From: an uncultured Acidobacteriota bacterium
GTDB lineage: Bacteria > Acidobacteriota > UBA6911
Direction of reading: 5' to 3'
NCBI GenBank assembly: GCA_963827655.1
Contig: CAWHCF010000029.1
Coordinates: forward strand, 96,001 to 160,000
DNA: 64,000 nt
In this document: piece after piece, positions 20,326 to 31,308 of the stretch
How positions within the stretch are numbered: the first letter of the stretch is position 1
How the letters are laid out: every line of letters starts with the position of its first letter
Notes under the pieces: model-generated
What the model saw: the letters and a program-made list of their open reading frames with translations, nothing else
The model's database searches: none
What the model was told of the DNA's origin: nothing
Translations under genes and position numbers: made by a program

Positions 20326-20835
20326 ATGCTTCTGCCGATCCTCAAATTCGGGGCTCCGGAACTCAAGCGCGTCAGCGTGCCGGTGGATGTCTTCAATAGC
20401 GAGCTCGAGAAGATTGTGAAGAACATGGTCGAAACCATGTACGGCGCACCCGGTATAGGTTTGGCGGCTCCTCAAGTAGGTCTCAATATCCGGCTGGCCA
20501 CGGTGGATCTCTCGGTGGGCGAGGACAAGGGCCGGCTGATTAAGATTTGCAATCCTGAGATAATCTCGATCGATGGTGAACAAAAGAGCGAGGAAGGTTG
20601 TCTCAGCATTCCCGAATTCACCGACACGATTCTGCGACCCAAGCGGATTGTGGTTCGCGGCCAGGATATCCATGGAGATGAGATTCGGATTGAAGCTGAA
20701 GGGTTACTGGCTCGGTGCTTCAGCCATGAGATCGACCATTTGAACGGCATCTTGTTTATCGATCATCTCAATTCCGTAAAAAAGAACCTGGTCCGCAACA
20801 AGATCAAGAAACTGGCGAGAGCCGGTCAATGGTAA
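20326..20835 (+). CDS. def: Peptide deformylase
   Basis: GIGLAAPQVG, EGCLS, HEIDH. Confidence 0.98.
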   Translation: MLLPILKFGAPELKRVSVPVDVFNSELEKIVKNMVETMYGAPGIGLAAPQVGLNIRLATVDLSVGEDKGRLIKICNPEIISIDGEQKSEEGCLSIPEFTDTILRPKRIVVRGQDIHGDEIRIEAEGLLARCFSHEIDHLNGILFIDHLNSVKKNLVRNKIKKLARAGQW

Positions 20836-20839
20836 GCCC

Positions 20840-21814
20840 ATGCGCGTGGTCTTCATGGGCACGCCGGAGTTTGCCATCCCCTCACTGCGCGCGCTCATTC
20901 AGAGCTCTTACGAGGTCTCCGCTGTTATCACTCAACCGGACCGGCCCGCGGGACGGGGCCATCGGTCACAGCCGCCGCCGGTTAAGGTTTTCGCCCAGGA
21001 TCGTGGCATACCGGTCTATCAACCCGCGAAAATCCGCGCCGAAGAGAACCGTTTCTTCATCGAGCCAAGGCCTGACTTTCTAGTGGTGGTGGCCTACGGC
21101 CAGATCCTTCCCGGCTGGCTTCTTCAAAGCCCTGCAATAGCGCCGGTCAACGTGCACGGATCGCTCCTGCCGCGCTATCGGGGAGCAGCGCCGGCGGCCT
21201 GGGCGATCATGAATGGCGATCCTGTGACCGGCGTCACCACAATGCTGATAGAAGAACGTCTGGATGCAGGACCGACCCTCCTTAAGAGGGAAGTCCCGAT
21301 TCCTCCTACCATGACTCGAGGGGAGTTAGAACAAGTGCTGTCGGGAATCGGCGCCGAACTGCTGGTTCCCACGCTCGATGGCCTGGCTCGACAGAGCCTT
21401 CAACCCATTCCGCAAGATGCCAGTAAGGCCAGTATGGCGCCGAAGATCACGCGCGAAATGGCTCGCGTATGCTGGAACAATGACGCGGTGAAAGTGCACA
21501 ACTTTATTCGTGCATTGAATCCGTGGCCTCTGGCCAGGTCCGAGTTTCGAGGTGAGTCGCTCCATATTCTTCGAGCCTTACCCGATAGCGCCGATGCCTC
21601 GCCGGCGCAGGCTGTGCCCGGGGTTTTCCTCGGCGTCACCCGAAGCGGGATCCGCGTCCAATGCGGAAGCGGTACCGTTCTCGAACTGCTTGAGGTGCAA
21701 CTGGCGGGCCGGAATCGGATCAGCGGCCGGGACTTCGCGAGCGGCGCAAGGCTTCGTCCCGGGGAGTTGCTGTCTTCACTCCGTGCCGGGCATCTTAGGA
21801 GCGTCATTGCGTGA
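20840..21814 (+). CDS. fmt: Methionyl-tRNA formyltransferase
   Basis: FMGTPEFA, VVAYGQIL, NVHGSLLPRYRGAAP. Confidence 0.98.
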   Translation: MRVVFMGTPEFAIPSLRALIQSSYEVSAVITQPDRPAGRGHRSQPPPVKVFAQDRGIPVYQPAKIRAEENRFFIEPRPDFLVVVAYGQILPGWLLQSPAIAPVNVHGSLLPRYRGAAPAAWAIMNGDPVTGVTTMLIEERLDAGPTLLKREVPIPPTMTRGELEQVLSGIGAELLVPTLDGLARQSLQPIPQDASKASMAPKITREMARVCWNNDAVKVHNFIRALNPWPLARSEFRGESLHILRALPDSADASPAQAVPGVFLGVTRSGIRVQCGSGTVLELLEVQLAGRNRISGRDFASGARLRPGELLSSLRAGHLRSVIA

Positions 21815-23097
21815 TTGCGCCGGCCCGCCTCGCTTCCTTTGACATTCTCTGCCAGATCGAGACTCGCGCCGCATTCAGCGACTACCTCCTGAACGCGGCG
21901 CGGATTGCGGCCATGAGCCCGCGCGACCGCAATCTTACCCGGGAGATCGTATACGGCACACTACGCTGGCAAGGCCTGATCGATCACGTCATCATGAAGA
22001 CCAGTTCTCGCCCGGAGCTGGATCCGGGAGTACGCATCCTGCTCCGCATGAGCGTTTACCAGATGCTTTACCTGAATCGTGTTCCTCACCATGCCGTGGT
22101 TCACGACGCGGTCGAAATATCCAAGGGTCAGTTGCGGTCTGGCACGCCTGGATTCATCAACGGCGTGCTGCGCCGGTTGAGCCAAAAGCGCCCGTGGGCC
22201 GAAGCGGCATTCGAACGAGACTTCCCACCGTGGGTTCGCGTTTCACTCCCCTCATGGCTGTGGCACCGCTGGACGGCAAGATTCGGCGAGGCGCGCGCAA
22301 CCGAGTATGCGCTTTCGCTCAATCGTCCGCCTCGAATGGCGCTGCGCCTTGCCGGCGAGGCTATTGGTAGGGAAAACCTGATCGCCCATGGCCACCTCTC
22401 GGAACTTGTTCCCGGCGCCCTTCTGATTGACACGGACCTGCCCCGTCCCTCGCCCGATACTTTACTCAAGGCCCAGGATGAAGCGTCCCAGCTCATTCCG
22501 CACCTTCTGGGTCCGATCGCAGGATGGAAAATATGGGATGCGTGCGCGGCCCCGGGAGGCAAGGCTGCCATCCTCTCTTCCATGTGCGGAAGGGAAGGAA
22601 GCGTGACTGCTACCGATATCCATCCGGCGCGGGCGCGCCGCTTGCGCGGCGTGGTGGACAGAACCCTCGGTTTCGATGTTCTCGTGGCCGACGCAAGACA
22701 GGCTCCCCCGTTTCGGAAAAAATTCGACGCGGTGCTGGCCGACGTTCCCTGTTCGGGTCTGGGAACCCTGCGCCGAAACCCGGAGATCAAATGGCGCTTC
22801 AACCCGGATCAACTGGGTTCCATCCAGCCGACCCAGGAACAAATCCTGGCATCCGCGTCAGAAGCCGTGCGCAGCGGAGGACTCTTGATCTATTCGACCT
22901 GCTCCACCGAGCCGGAGGAAAACGAGCAGGTAGTCCATGCCTTCCTCAGAACCCACCCGGAATTCCGGCTTCGGAGGCCATCCAGTCCTCCCGGAATCGA
23001 ATCCTGGCTGGGCTCGGACGATATGCTGCGGACGTTTCCCGGTGAAAGGCCGTGGGATGGTTTTTTTGCCGCCCTTCTGGCGCGAGCGGGTTCATAG
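21811..23097 (+). CDS. rsmB: 16S rRNA m5C967 methyltransferase RsmB/Sun
   Basis: NusB-like N-terminus, QDEASQL, DACAAPGGK, DVPCSG, STCS. Confidence 0.94.
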   Translation: MIAPARLASFDILCQIETRAAFSDYLLNAARIAAMSPRDRNLTREIVYGTLRWQGLIDHVIMKTSSRPELDPGVRILLRMSVYQMLYLNRVPHHAVVHDAVEISKGQLRSGTPGFINGVLRRLSQKRPWAEAAFERDFPPWVRVSLPSWLWHRWTARFGEARATEYALSLNRPPRMALRLAGEAIGRENLIAHGHLSELVPGALLIDTDLPRPSPDTLLKAQDEASQLIPHLLGPIAGWKIWDACAAPGGKAAILSSMCGREGSVTATDIHPARARRLRGVVDRTLGFDVLVADARQAPPFRKKFDAVLADVPCSGLGTLRRNPEIKWRFNPDQLGSIQPTQEQILASASEAVRSGGLLIYSTCSTEPEENEQVVHAFLRTHPEFRLRRPSSPPGIESWLGSDDMLRTFPGERPWDGFFAALLARAGS

Positions 23098-23219
23098 TCA
23101 GGGTGAGACGCAAAGGCTGGTAAAGACATGATGTGAATAGGGAATTCTGCCTTGAATTGCTCGAGGACGCTATGCTAACCTTCACGCGTTGAAATGATAG
23201 GAAACTTCAATTGGGACGA

Positions 23220-23903
23220 ATGATAAACATCGCGCCCTCAATCCTTTCCGCCGACTTTGCCCATCTCGCCAGCGAGATAAAGAAGGCAGAGGACGGGGGA
23301 GCCGATGTAATTCACGTCGACGTTATGGACGGCCATTTCGTCCCGAACATTACGCTGGGCCCTCCCGTTATAGCCTCGATCCGCAAGGTCACCGAGCTTC
23401 CGCTCGATGCCCATCTCATGATCGAGGAGCCCGCGCGGTACGTTGACGATCTCGTTCGAGCTGGAGTTAACTGGATTTCGGTTCACGTTGAGGCCGATGC
23501 TCACCTGAACCGGACCATTCGCCACATCCAGGATCAGGGAATCCGGGCCGGCGTGGCGATAAACCCGGCGACTCCGATTGGAACTTTAGAGGAGATTCTT
23601 CCTGACGTAGAGTTTGTCCTGGTGATGAGCGTGAATCCGGGCTTCGGGGGGCAGCATTTTATTCCTTCCAGTCTGGACAAAATTCGAAAACTCAAGGAGC
23701 TTATTACGTCTTATGGCTACAGGGCGCAGATCGAGGTCGATGGCGGTATTGGGACTGGAAACCTCCGCAAACTAATCGATGCGGGGGCCGACATCGTGGT
23801 GGCGGGGTCGGCCATTTTCCAATCCGCAACGGGCGCGACCGAAGCTGTCCGAGAGATGAGATCCATCGCCGACAGTTACAGCCGGGTCCTGGAGACGACC
23901 TAG
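23220..23903 (+). CDS. rpe: Ribulose-phosphate 3-epimerase
   Basis: IAPSILSADF, HVDVMDGHFVPN, MSVNPGFGGQ, EVDGG. Confidence 0.98.
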   Translation: MINIAPSILSADFAHLASEIKKAEDGGADVIHVDVMDGHFVPNITLGPPVIASIRKVTELPLDAHLMIEEPARYVDDLVRAGVNWISVHVEADAHLNRTIRHIQDQGIRAGVAINPATPIGTLEEILPDVEFVLVMSVNPGFGGQHFIPSSLDKIRKLKELITSYGYRAQIEVDGGIGTGNLRKLIDAGADIVVAGSAIFQSATGATEAVREMRSIADSYSRVLETT

Positions 23904-23941
23904 ATTGCGCAGTGAAGATTCCGGCAGCGTCGGAGGAACTG

Positions 23942-25117
23942 ATGATGCGGCTAAGATTACGCACTTTACCTTTTCTTTTGTTTTTGCTGACCCTCTGGGG
24001 ATGTGGTCAGAAAGGCGCGAAGCTTCAAAAGAGCGTCGTGCCGCCGGACAAGACCCTTTTCGAAACGGGGCAGGAGTACCTGGAGAAGAGCCAGTTCATA
24101 AAAGCGAGGCTCTCGTTCCAGACTCTGATCAATACCTATCCTGACAGCGAACTCGCGTCCGAGTCCGTCCTGGCGATCGGAGATTCGTTTTATGATGAAG
24201 GCGGCACCGAGAATCTCCTTCAGGCCGAGGATCAGTACAAGAACTTCATCGTCTTCTTCCCGACGAATCCCAAAGCAGCCGACGCGCAGATGAAGATAGC
24301 GTCGCTCAACATGAAGATGATGCGGGCTCCCGACCGAGACCAGAGCTACGCTTATAAGGCGCAGGATTCACTGAGGAAGATGATCGAGCTGTTCCCGGAC
24401 AGTGAGTATATCCCGATCGCCAAGGAGCAGTTGAAGCAGGTGCAGGAGACTCTGGCGCAGTCTAATTTTGGCGTGGGAAAGTTCTACCTGGACCGGGGCC
24501 GACACCGGGCTGCGACCTCACGGTTCAAGGAAAACGTCGAGAGGTACGCCGAGTTCTCGGGCATGGACGAAAACCTCTTCTTGCTGGCTCAGTCTCTGGA
24601 GAAATCGGAGAACTCCGACGAGGCGTCGATCTATTACACGCGTATTGCGACGGGATTTCCGTTTAGCCCGAGATTTGATCAGGCAAAAGCCCGGCTCGAG
24701 GAGATGGGGAAACCGTTACCGGAGGTCGACACTCAGGTGGCCGCTCTGAACGAGTCGCGACTGAAGCCTGTCGAGGGTTTTTCTCCGCTCCGTCCGATCA
24801 AGGATTTCGGCAAGGCCTTGGGTTTCGTGGGTCCGCCCGACCCTTACGAAACTGCAAAAAGGGCCGTGGAGTCTAGTCGCGCTGAGGCCAGCACCGCTGA
24901 GACCGCGACGGTTGCCGACGGCGAGAAGGCAGGAGACGACTTCCCGATTCAAGCTACCATAACGAAGTCGAGTACGGGCTCAAGCGAGGCCAAGGCTGTT
25001 CTGGGGTCGAATCCCAAGGAGACCGAAAAGAGCACCGACAAGAATGACAACAAGAATGACAAGAAGAAACCCAAGAAAAGCAGCGGCGGAAAGCCGAACG
25101 AGAAAAAACCGTCCTGA
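23942..25117 (+). CDS. bamD: Outer membrane assembly lipoprotein BamD with Lys-rich tail
   Basis: Lipobox LWGC, TPR helices, RAPDRDQS motif. Confidence 0.88.
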   Translation: MMRLRLRTLPFLLFLLTLWGCGQKGAKLQKSVVPPDKTLFETGQEYLEKSQFIKARLSFQTLINTYPDSELASESVLAIGDSFYDEGGTENLLQAEDQYKNFIVFFPTNPKAADAQMKIASLNMKMMRAPDRDQSYAYKAQDSLRKMIELFPDSEYIPIAKEQLKQVQETLAQSNFGVGKFYLDRGRHRAATSRFKENVERYAEFSGMDENLFLLAQSLEKSENSDEASIYYTRIATGFPFSPRFDQAKARLEEMGKPLPEVDTQVAALNESRLKPVEGFSPLRPIKDFGKALGFVGPPDPYETAKRAVESSRAEASTAETATVADGEKAGDDFPIQATITKSSTGSSEAKAVLGSNPKETEKSTDKNDNKNDKKKPKKSSGGKPNEKKPS

Positions 25118-25350
25118 GGTTTCGGAAAGACTCTTGGTGTTTCTTCGTGTCTTTGAGTCTTAGTGGTTTGGTTTTAGCCTAAGTATCCGAATACCCCTAA
25201 AGATCCACACTGTTCCCGGCCGCCGCGGTGCAGGCAGTTCGGCCGTTCTAGACGGCACCTCCGTTTTTTAATAGAATGCAGCGTCCTCATGGCCGGAAAC
25301 CCCTTGCCTGGGGCTCTCGGCCGGCCTATGCCCGCAACCTGAGGGTAATG

Positions 25351-28078
25351 ATGGCTGGAAAGAAGCCTGGTTCATCTTACGATCCCGCTCCTGTGGAGCA
25401 GAAGTGGTATCCCTTCTGGGAGAGACAGGGCTACTTCACGGCGGATGCGAAGTCCGGGAAACCAAGGTTTTCGATCGTAATTCCTCCCCCCAACGTGACG
25501 GGTTCGCTGCATATGGGTCACGCCCTCCAGCACACCCTCCATGACATTCTCGTCCGGTGGAAAAGGATGAGCGGTTACAACACCCTCTGGCTTCCCGGGA
25601 CCGATCACGCGAGCATCGCAGTGCACTATGTCCTCGACAAACAGCTGGCACAAGAAAAACGGACGCGATTTGATCTCGGACGCGAGCGCTTTCTCGAGAT
25701 GGCTTGGAGATGGAAAGAAACCAGCGGGGGCACGATTCTCAACCAGATGCGACGCATGGGGGTGTCTTGCGACTGGACCCGAGAACGCTTCACCATGGAC
25801 GAAGGCTTGTCTCACGCCGTTCGAGAGGTCTTCGTTCGCCTCTATGAAGAAGGGTTGATTTACCGCGGCGAATACACCGTCAACTGGTGCCCGCGATGCA
25901 AGACAGCCATTTCCGATCTCGAGGTTGCGTACGAAGCCGTGCAGGGGAAACTGTGGCATGTGAAATACCCTCTGGTTGATGGAACCGGGTTCGTAACGGT
26001 TGCAACCACCCGGCCCGAGACGATGCTGGGCGATACGGCCGTCGCAGTTCATCCCGAGGACGAGAGGTACCAGGCGATCGTCGGCAAGAAAGTCACACTC
26101 CCGGTTGTGAATCGAGAGTTGCCGGTTATTGGCGATCATTTTGTCGACCGTACCTTCGGAACCGGAGCCGTCAAGGTAACTCCTGCGCACGACCCGCACG
26201 ACTATGAAGTGGGGCTCCGGCACAATCTCCCTCGAATAACCGTGATCGACGACGCGGGAAAAATGACGGCCGAGGCGGGCCCCTATGCCGGAATGGATCG
26301 CTTCGAATGTCGTAAGCGGCTGGTGGAGCGGCTCGGGGAAGAGGGCTACCTGCTGAAGGTCGAAGACTACCAGCACAACGTCGGTCACTGTGACCGCTGT
26401 TCGACCATCGTAGAACCGAAGATTTCTCTCCAGTGGTACCTTCGCGTGGACTCGCTCGCAAAGCCCGCAATTGATGCGGTTGAGACCGGAAGGGTCGAGT
26501 TCATCCCCGACAGTTTCAAGAAACGGTACTTTGATTGGATGTACAACATTCACGACTGGTGTATATCCCGCCAGCTCTGGTGGGGGCACCGGATTCCAGC
26601 CTGGTACTGCGACGCGTGCGGCGAGGTCATTGTGAGCCGGACGACTCCATCGTTGTGCCCGAAATGCCAGGGTCCCTTGCGCGAGGAGACCGATATCCTC
26701 GACACCTGGTTCAGTTCTGCGCTATGGCCTTTTTCGACTCTGGGGTGGCCGGAGCGGACGGAAGATCTGAGAGTGTTCTATCCCACCGATGTCCTGATCA
26801 CCGGGCCGGATATTATTTTCTTCTGGGTTGCCCGGATGATCATGATGGGTCTGAAGTTCATGGGCGAGGTGCCGTTCCGTCAGGTTCATATCAATGGAAT
26901 CGTGCGCGACGCCAGCCGGAAGAAAATGAGCAAGACTCGAGGGAATGTGATCGAGCCGCTGCGTCTGGTCGAGCAATACGGCGCCGACGCGGTGCGATTC
27001 ACATTGTCCTCGATGGCAGTGCCCGGCACGGACATACCGTTTTCAGAAGACAGGATGAAAGGATACCGAGAATTCGCCAACAAGGTCTGGCAGGCGAGCA
27101 ATTTTGTCTTGATGAACCTGAACGATAACGCCCAGGCTGTGCCCGCCGAATTCATCGACGCGCTGCTGACGAAGCGGAAAGATGAGGATGGGTGAGCCGC
27201 AAAGGGACATGAGGGCTTCACAAGTCCCGTCTGGAGAGAGGCTCCCGCTCGAAGATCGTTGGATCTTGCACAGGTTGAACCGCGTGGCCGCCGAACTTTC
27301 CGAGGCCTTGGACAAATTCCGTTTTCATGACGCCTCGAACCTGATCTACCGGTTCATATGGCACGAGTTCTGTGACTGGTACATCGAGCTCGTGAAGCCG
27401 GCTTTAACCGGCGACGCCGCGAATTCGACGGAGCGAGAGTCGCGCATCAGAGTTCTTGTCCACGTTATGGATTACTCACTGCGGCTTCTTCACCCATTCA
27501 TGCCTTTCATAACCGAGGAGATCTGGCAGAGAATTCCCCATCAAGGCGACTCAATCATGATCCAGGATTTTCCCGAGTATCGAGAGGCGCGCGATGATCC
27601 GCAGGCGCAACTCGAGATGGAGACTCTTATGGATCTCGTGAGCTCCATCAGGTCGGCTCGGGCCGAGATGGGTATAGAGGATCGGAAGGAGCTCGACGCA
27701 TTTCTCATCGCGGCGGACAATGGCGCTCGAGAACTGATCGAGCGAAATATCGCAAAATTCCGCCGTCTCGCAAGCCTTGACAAGTTGGAATTCGTATCCT
27801 CGTTTCCGCCCAACCTGCTGAAGGGCGTGAGCAAGGCCGGAGAGTTCGGGATAAATGTCACGGGCGCGATCGATCTTGACGCCGAACGGCACCGAATGCA
27901 GAAGGAACTGACCCGCACCAGGAGTGAAATTGAAAAGATCGATCAAAAGATGAACAACCGCGAATTTCTGACGAAAGCTCCGGAAGCCGTCATTAGCGGG
28001 ATTCGGGATCGTCACGCCGAGTTGGTGGCAATATACGCGAAGCTGGAGTCCAATCTGGCGCGCCTCCCGTCACAATAG
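25351..28078 (+). CDS. valS: Valyl-tRNA synthetase, split by a +1 frameshift near 27180-27195
   Basis: [25 protein letters not shown] and KMSKT in ORF1; DRWIL...FCDWYIEL...[13 protein letters not shown] and the coiled-coil arm in ORF2 (27182..28078). Confidence 0.95.
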
Positions 28079-28079
28079 A

Positions 28080-29054
28080 ATGTCTTCCATTCCGGTTCCA
28101 GACGTCCTCAACCAGATTGCTTCCGCGGGAGACAAAGGCTTGTCGATTTCGGGATCCGACGACGACCTGGAGTTGTGCCGGACCTGGAACCTGCCCCTCG
28201 AAACGAAGAATGGTTGGGCCCGTCTGGTTTTCGACCATGATGTCCTGGTTCCGGCCTGGATTGAAAGCGAAACACCGGCGATTTCGTGGGACCGGTTGCG
28301 CGTTCTGGGATTCTTTGAGATTGGATCTACCAACGAGGAGGCGTCTCTGAAGGCCCGGCAGGGCGCTCCGGAGGGATTGCTGGTCTACTCCGAAAGCCAG
28401 ACGTCGGGTCGAGGTAGAAAGGGCCGCCACTGGAGTTCTCCTGCAGGGACGGGGCTTTATTTCTCGCTTCTGCTCAGGCCGGCGAATTCTCTCAACCGCT
28501 GGCCGCTCCTCACACACGTGGCATCGGTTTCGCTCGCTCAGGTTTTAAATGAACTCTCGGCCGAGCGGTGGATTCCGCAGCCACTGGCTGTCGACCTCAA
28601 GTGGCCCAACGATGTCCTCCTCTCGGAGAAGAAAACCGCCGGCATTCTTCTCGAAACGGTTCAACAGGAGCAACACGCTGCCGCCGCCGTGCTGGGTGTC
28701 GGCATAAACGTCAAGTCTGAATCCCTTTCCGACGAGCTGAAAGAAACGGCAACTTCGGTGAGCGCAGAAGCGGGAGTTTCCATCGCTAGACGACGTCTTC
28801 TGGTTCGGTATCTTTACCATTTCCAGATCGGCTATGAACTCTTCAAGCGAGGGCAATACCAGAGGATTCTGGATCAGTGGAAGGCTCACTCGAGTATGTG
28901 GGATGGTGTGCCTGTCTGGCTCCATGACGGTGACCAGCGCAGGCTTGTCGTAACCTGTGGTCTTTCCGACATGGGAGCGCTTAGAGTTCGCGCCTCAGAC
29001 GGAACCGAGGAAACAGTACTGGCTGCCGATGTCAGTGTGCGGCGCTCTCGCTAG
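28080..29054 (+). CDS. birA: Biotin-[acetyl-CoA-carboxylase] ligase
   Basis: GSTN, QTSGRGRKGRHW, KWPND, KTAGIL, GVGIN. Confidence 0.95.
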   Translation: MSSIPVPDVLNQIASAGDKGLSISGSDDDLELCRTWNLPLETKNGWARLVFDHDVLVPAWIESETPAISWDRLRVLGFFEIGSTNEEASLKARQGAPEGLLVYSESQTSGRGRKGRHWSSPAGTGLYFSLLLRPANSLNRWPLLTHVASVSLAQVLNELSAERWIPQPLAVDLKWPNDVLLSEKKTAGILLETVQQEQHAAAAVLGVGINVKSESLSDELKETATSVSAEAGVSIARRRLLVRYLYHFQIGYELFKRGQYQRILDQWKAHSSMWDGVPVWLHDGDQRRLVVTCGLSDMGALRVRASDGTEETVLAADVSVRRSR

Positions 29055-29131
29055 CCGTTTTCTTGGTAGGGTTGATGCATGCAAAGACAAGGGGCACCAT
29101 CCGGACCAGAAGGGCCCAACAGAGGCGGATT

Positions 29132-30100
29132 ATGTTTTTACGTAAATTCTTAGAGCCCCGCGAGGAAACCAAGCCCAGGTTCTTCGAACGGATGAAACAG
29201 GCGATCGGCGCCACCAAGAATAACCTGGTGGCCCGTATCGAAAACGCGCTCTCCGGACGCACCGTTATCGACGACAACCTTCTCGACGAGCTTGAAGGAA
29301 TCCTGCTGGGCGCGGATCTGGGAATCAAAGCCACCACAGAAGTCCTCGACGAGATCCGAAGGCAACGTGACAAACAGCTGGTCAAGACGGCGGAGGACGT
29401 CCGGGCTGCAATACGAAAACAGCTGCTGACTATTCTGGAAAACCGGAATACTCCCGCCATTGACGCAAAAATCGACACCGAGGTCTGGATGGTGGTCGGA
29501 GTGAATGGCACCGGCAAAACGACCACAGTAGGTAAGCTGGCAGCCCGGCTGGCCGGGGAAGGGAATAAAGTGCTCATTTGCGCGGCGGATACTTTTCGAC
29601 CTGCCGCGATCGAGCAACTTACGGTCTGGGCGGAGCGATCGGGCGCAGAGCTAATCAAGAATCGGGCTGGCTCGGATCCCTCGGCTGTTCTCCACGATGC
29701 CCTGTCGGCTGCGTCGTCGCGTAAGAGTGACGTCGTCATTGTCGATACGGCAGGGAGGTTGCACACCCGGAGCAATCTCATGCAGGAACTGGATAAGATG
29801 CGGCGTGTCGCGGGCCGTCAAATACCCGGCGCGCCCCACGAGGTGCTACTGGTTCTCGATGCCACTACGGGGCAGAACGGATTGGCCCAGGCGCGCGAGT
29901 TTCTGAAGTCGACCGGCGTGACCGGCCTGGTGGTGACGAAGCTCGACGGGACCGCAAAGGGGGGAGTGTTGTTCAGCATCGCAAAGGAGCTGAAGATTCC
30001 GGTCCGTTTCATTGGGGTCGGCGAGTCGCTCGAGGACTTGATGGAGTTCTCGCCCACTGCCTTTGTAAACTCGCTCTTCGGAGAGAAGGCCGCCAACTAA
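29132..30100 (+). CDS. ftsY: SRP receptor FtsY
   Basis: GVNGTGKTTT, DTFRPAA, DTAGR, TKLDGTAKGG. Confidence 0.98.
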   Translation: MFLRKFLEPREETKPRFFERMKQAIGATKNNLVARIENALSGRTVIDDNLLDELEGILLGADLGIKATTEVLDEIRRQRDKQLVKTAEDVRAAIRKQLLTILENRNTPAIDAKIDTEVWMVVGVNGTGKTTTVGKLAARLAGEGNKVLICAADTFRPAAIEQLTVWAERSGAELIKNRAGSDPSAVLHDALSAASSRKSDVVIVDTAGRLHTRSNLMQELDKMRRVAGRQIPGAPHEVLLVLDATTGQNGLAQAREFLKSTGVTGLVVTKLDGTAKGGVLFSIAKELKIPVRFIGVGESLEDLMEFSPTAFVNSLFGEKAAN

Positions 30101-30142
30101 CCATCAAGAGCTCGAAGACACAAAGAAACGCGAAGCTTTCCG

Positions 30143-31243
30143 CTATTCGTCGAATCTGAGGCGGATCAATTCCGTTCGACTCCGCCGGTCGAGGAGATTA
30201 TTGGGCGCGTAGCCGCGCAGTAGAATTCTAAACGTTGCGAACAATCCCCCGGCCAACAGTGAAAGCCCAGCCAGCAATCCGGTAAAAGCCAGGGACCTGA
30301 CTACCGTGCCCATAAGACCGGTGGATACACCCCACATTCCGTCTGAAGCGCGGTTCCTTGCATCGTAGATCCATTTTACCGAGTAGCTAAATTCGATCGA
30401 GCCCAGGAGCCTGTCGGCGGTTCGTGGAGCGAAGTTTCCCTCCAGAATTGCGAGCATCGGACCCGATTTCTTGAAATAGAGTTGGGCTTGCGAATTACTA
30501 CCCATCAGTCCGAAGAGGCTTTCGAAGTACTCGTCGGCCAACTGAACCGTGGGGAATCCGACAAGCGAGAGAATACCGGTCTGGTTCTCGAGGCTGTAGC
30601 CAGCCTGCGCAATCTCGAGTTCATCGCGAAACTCGATACTCTTTCCCGCCACAGGTTGCGCGTATCGCGCAAACGCTAAGGGGCCAAGGCAGTAGCGCAA
30701 GGAAACAGGATCGAGCCCCAGCTTGGGAAGATTAGCGATGAGCGAAGGCTCGTGCTCGCGCCGCGCTATTCGATTGCCGACCGACCGTGCTACTCGTCTT
30801 GCGAGATCCCCGGGAGCTTCGGACCTGATACGTACCAGAACGTTGGATTGACAGAACATCAGGTTCTGATCCGAGCCTTCGGCGAAGTCGCCTGGCGGTC
30901 CTTTTGTTACCACGCCATTCCGCAACAGACTCAGAAGCGAGTACGCTGCCTTGCTGTCATTGAGCGTAACCGTCTCAAGGGTCAGTAAACCCGAGGGATT
31001 CAAACGGTAGGTTCGGCGAGCGTAATGACGGAAACCGGCCTCGGTAAACAGAGCTCCCTCTGGAAGCTCAGCCAGCGAGGCGGGCTCACCCAGCTCTCGT
31101 TGCGACTCAACGGATTTAAGCTCAACAAACTCGAGATCAGCGGGAAAATAGTTGCCAGTGACCAGTTGGGTTTGAGCTGGCAGTGACAGAGTGCTTCCCG
31201 AACTCCCAGCAAAAAGACAGATCGCTAACAGATATCGACGCAT
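30143..31243 (-). CDS. Exported/membrane-anchored hypothetical protein (DUF6599-like)
   Basis: Signal peptide, periplasmic body, C-terminal TM helix; co-oriented after the amidase. Confidence 0.65.
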   Translation of the reverse strand: MRRYLLAICLFAGSSGSTLSLPAQTQLVTGNYFPADLEFVELKSVESQRELGEPASLAELPEGALFTEAGFRHYARRTYRLNPSGLLTLETVTLNDSKAAYSLLSLLRNGVVTKGPPGDFAEGSDQNLMFCQSNVLVRIRSEAPGDLARRVARSVGNRIARREHEPSLIANLPKLGLDPVSLRYCLGPLAFARYAQPVAGKSIEFRDELEIAQAGYSLENQTGILSLVGFPTVQLADEYFESLFGLMGSNSQAQLYFKKSGPMLAILEGNFAPRTADRLLGSIEFSYSVKWIYDARNRASDGMWGVSTGLMGTVVRSLAFTGLLAGLSLLAGGLFATFRILLRGYAPNNLLDRRSRTELIRLRFDE

Positions 31244-31308
31244 CAGACCGTTGTGCGAGGTTCCCCGCCTTTCAAGCATTTTCAGTTGTGTTGTTGTTCG
31301 AAGGGAGA

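Noticed and set aside
25170-25350. Possible T-box leader before valS
   Set aside because: No T-box consensus or terminator; a promoter-like TAGAAT lies only about 75 nt from the start
27193-27195. TGA readthrough / selenocysteine in valS
   Set aside because: In-frame readthrough does not reach the conserved C-terminal sequence; a frame change is required
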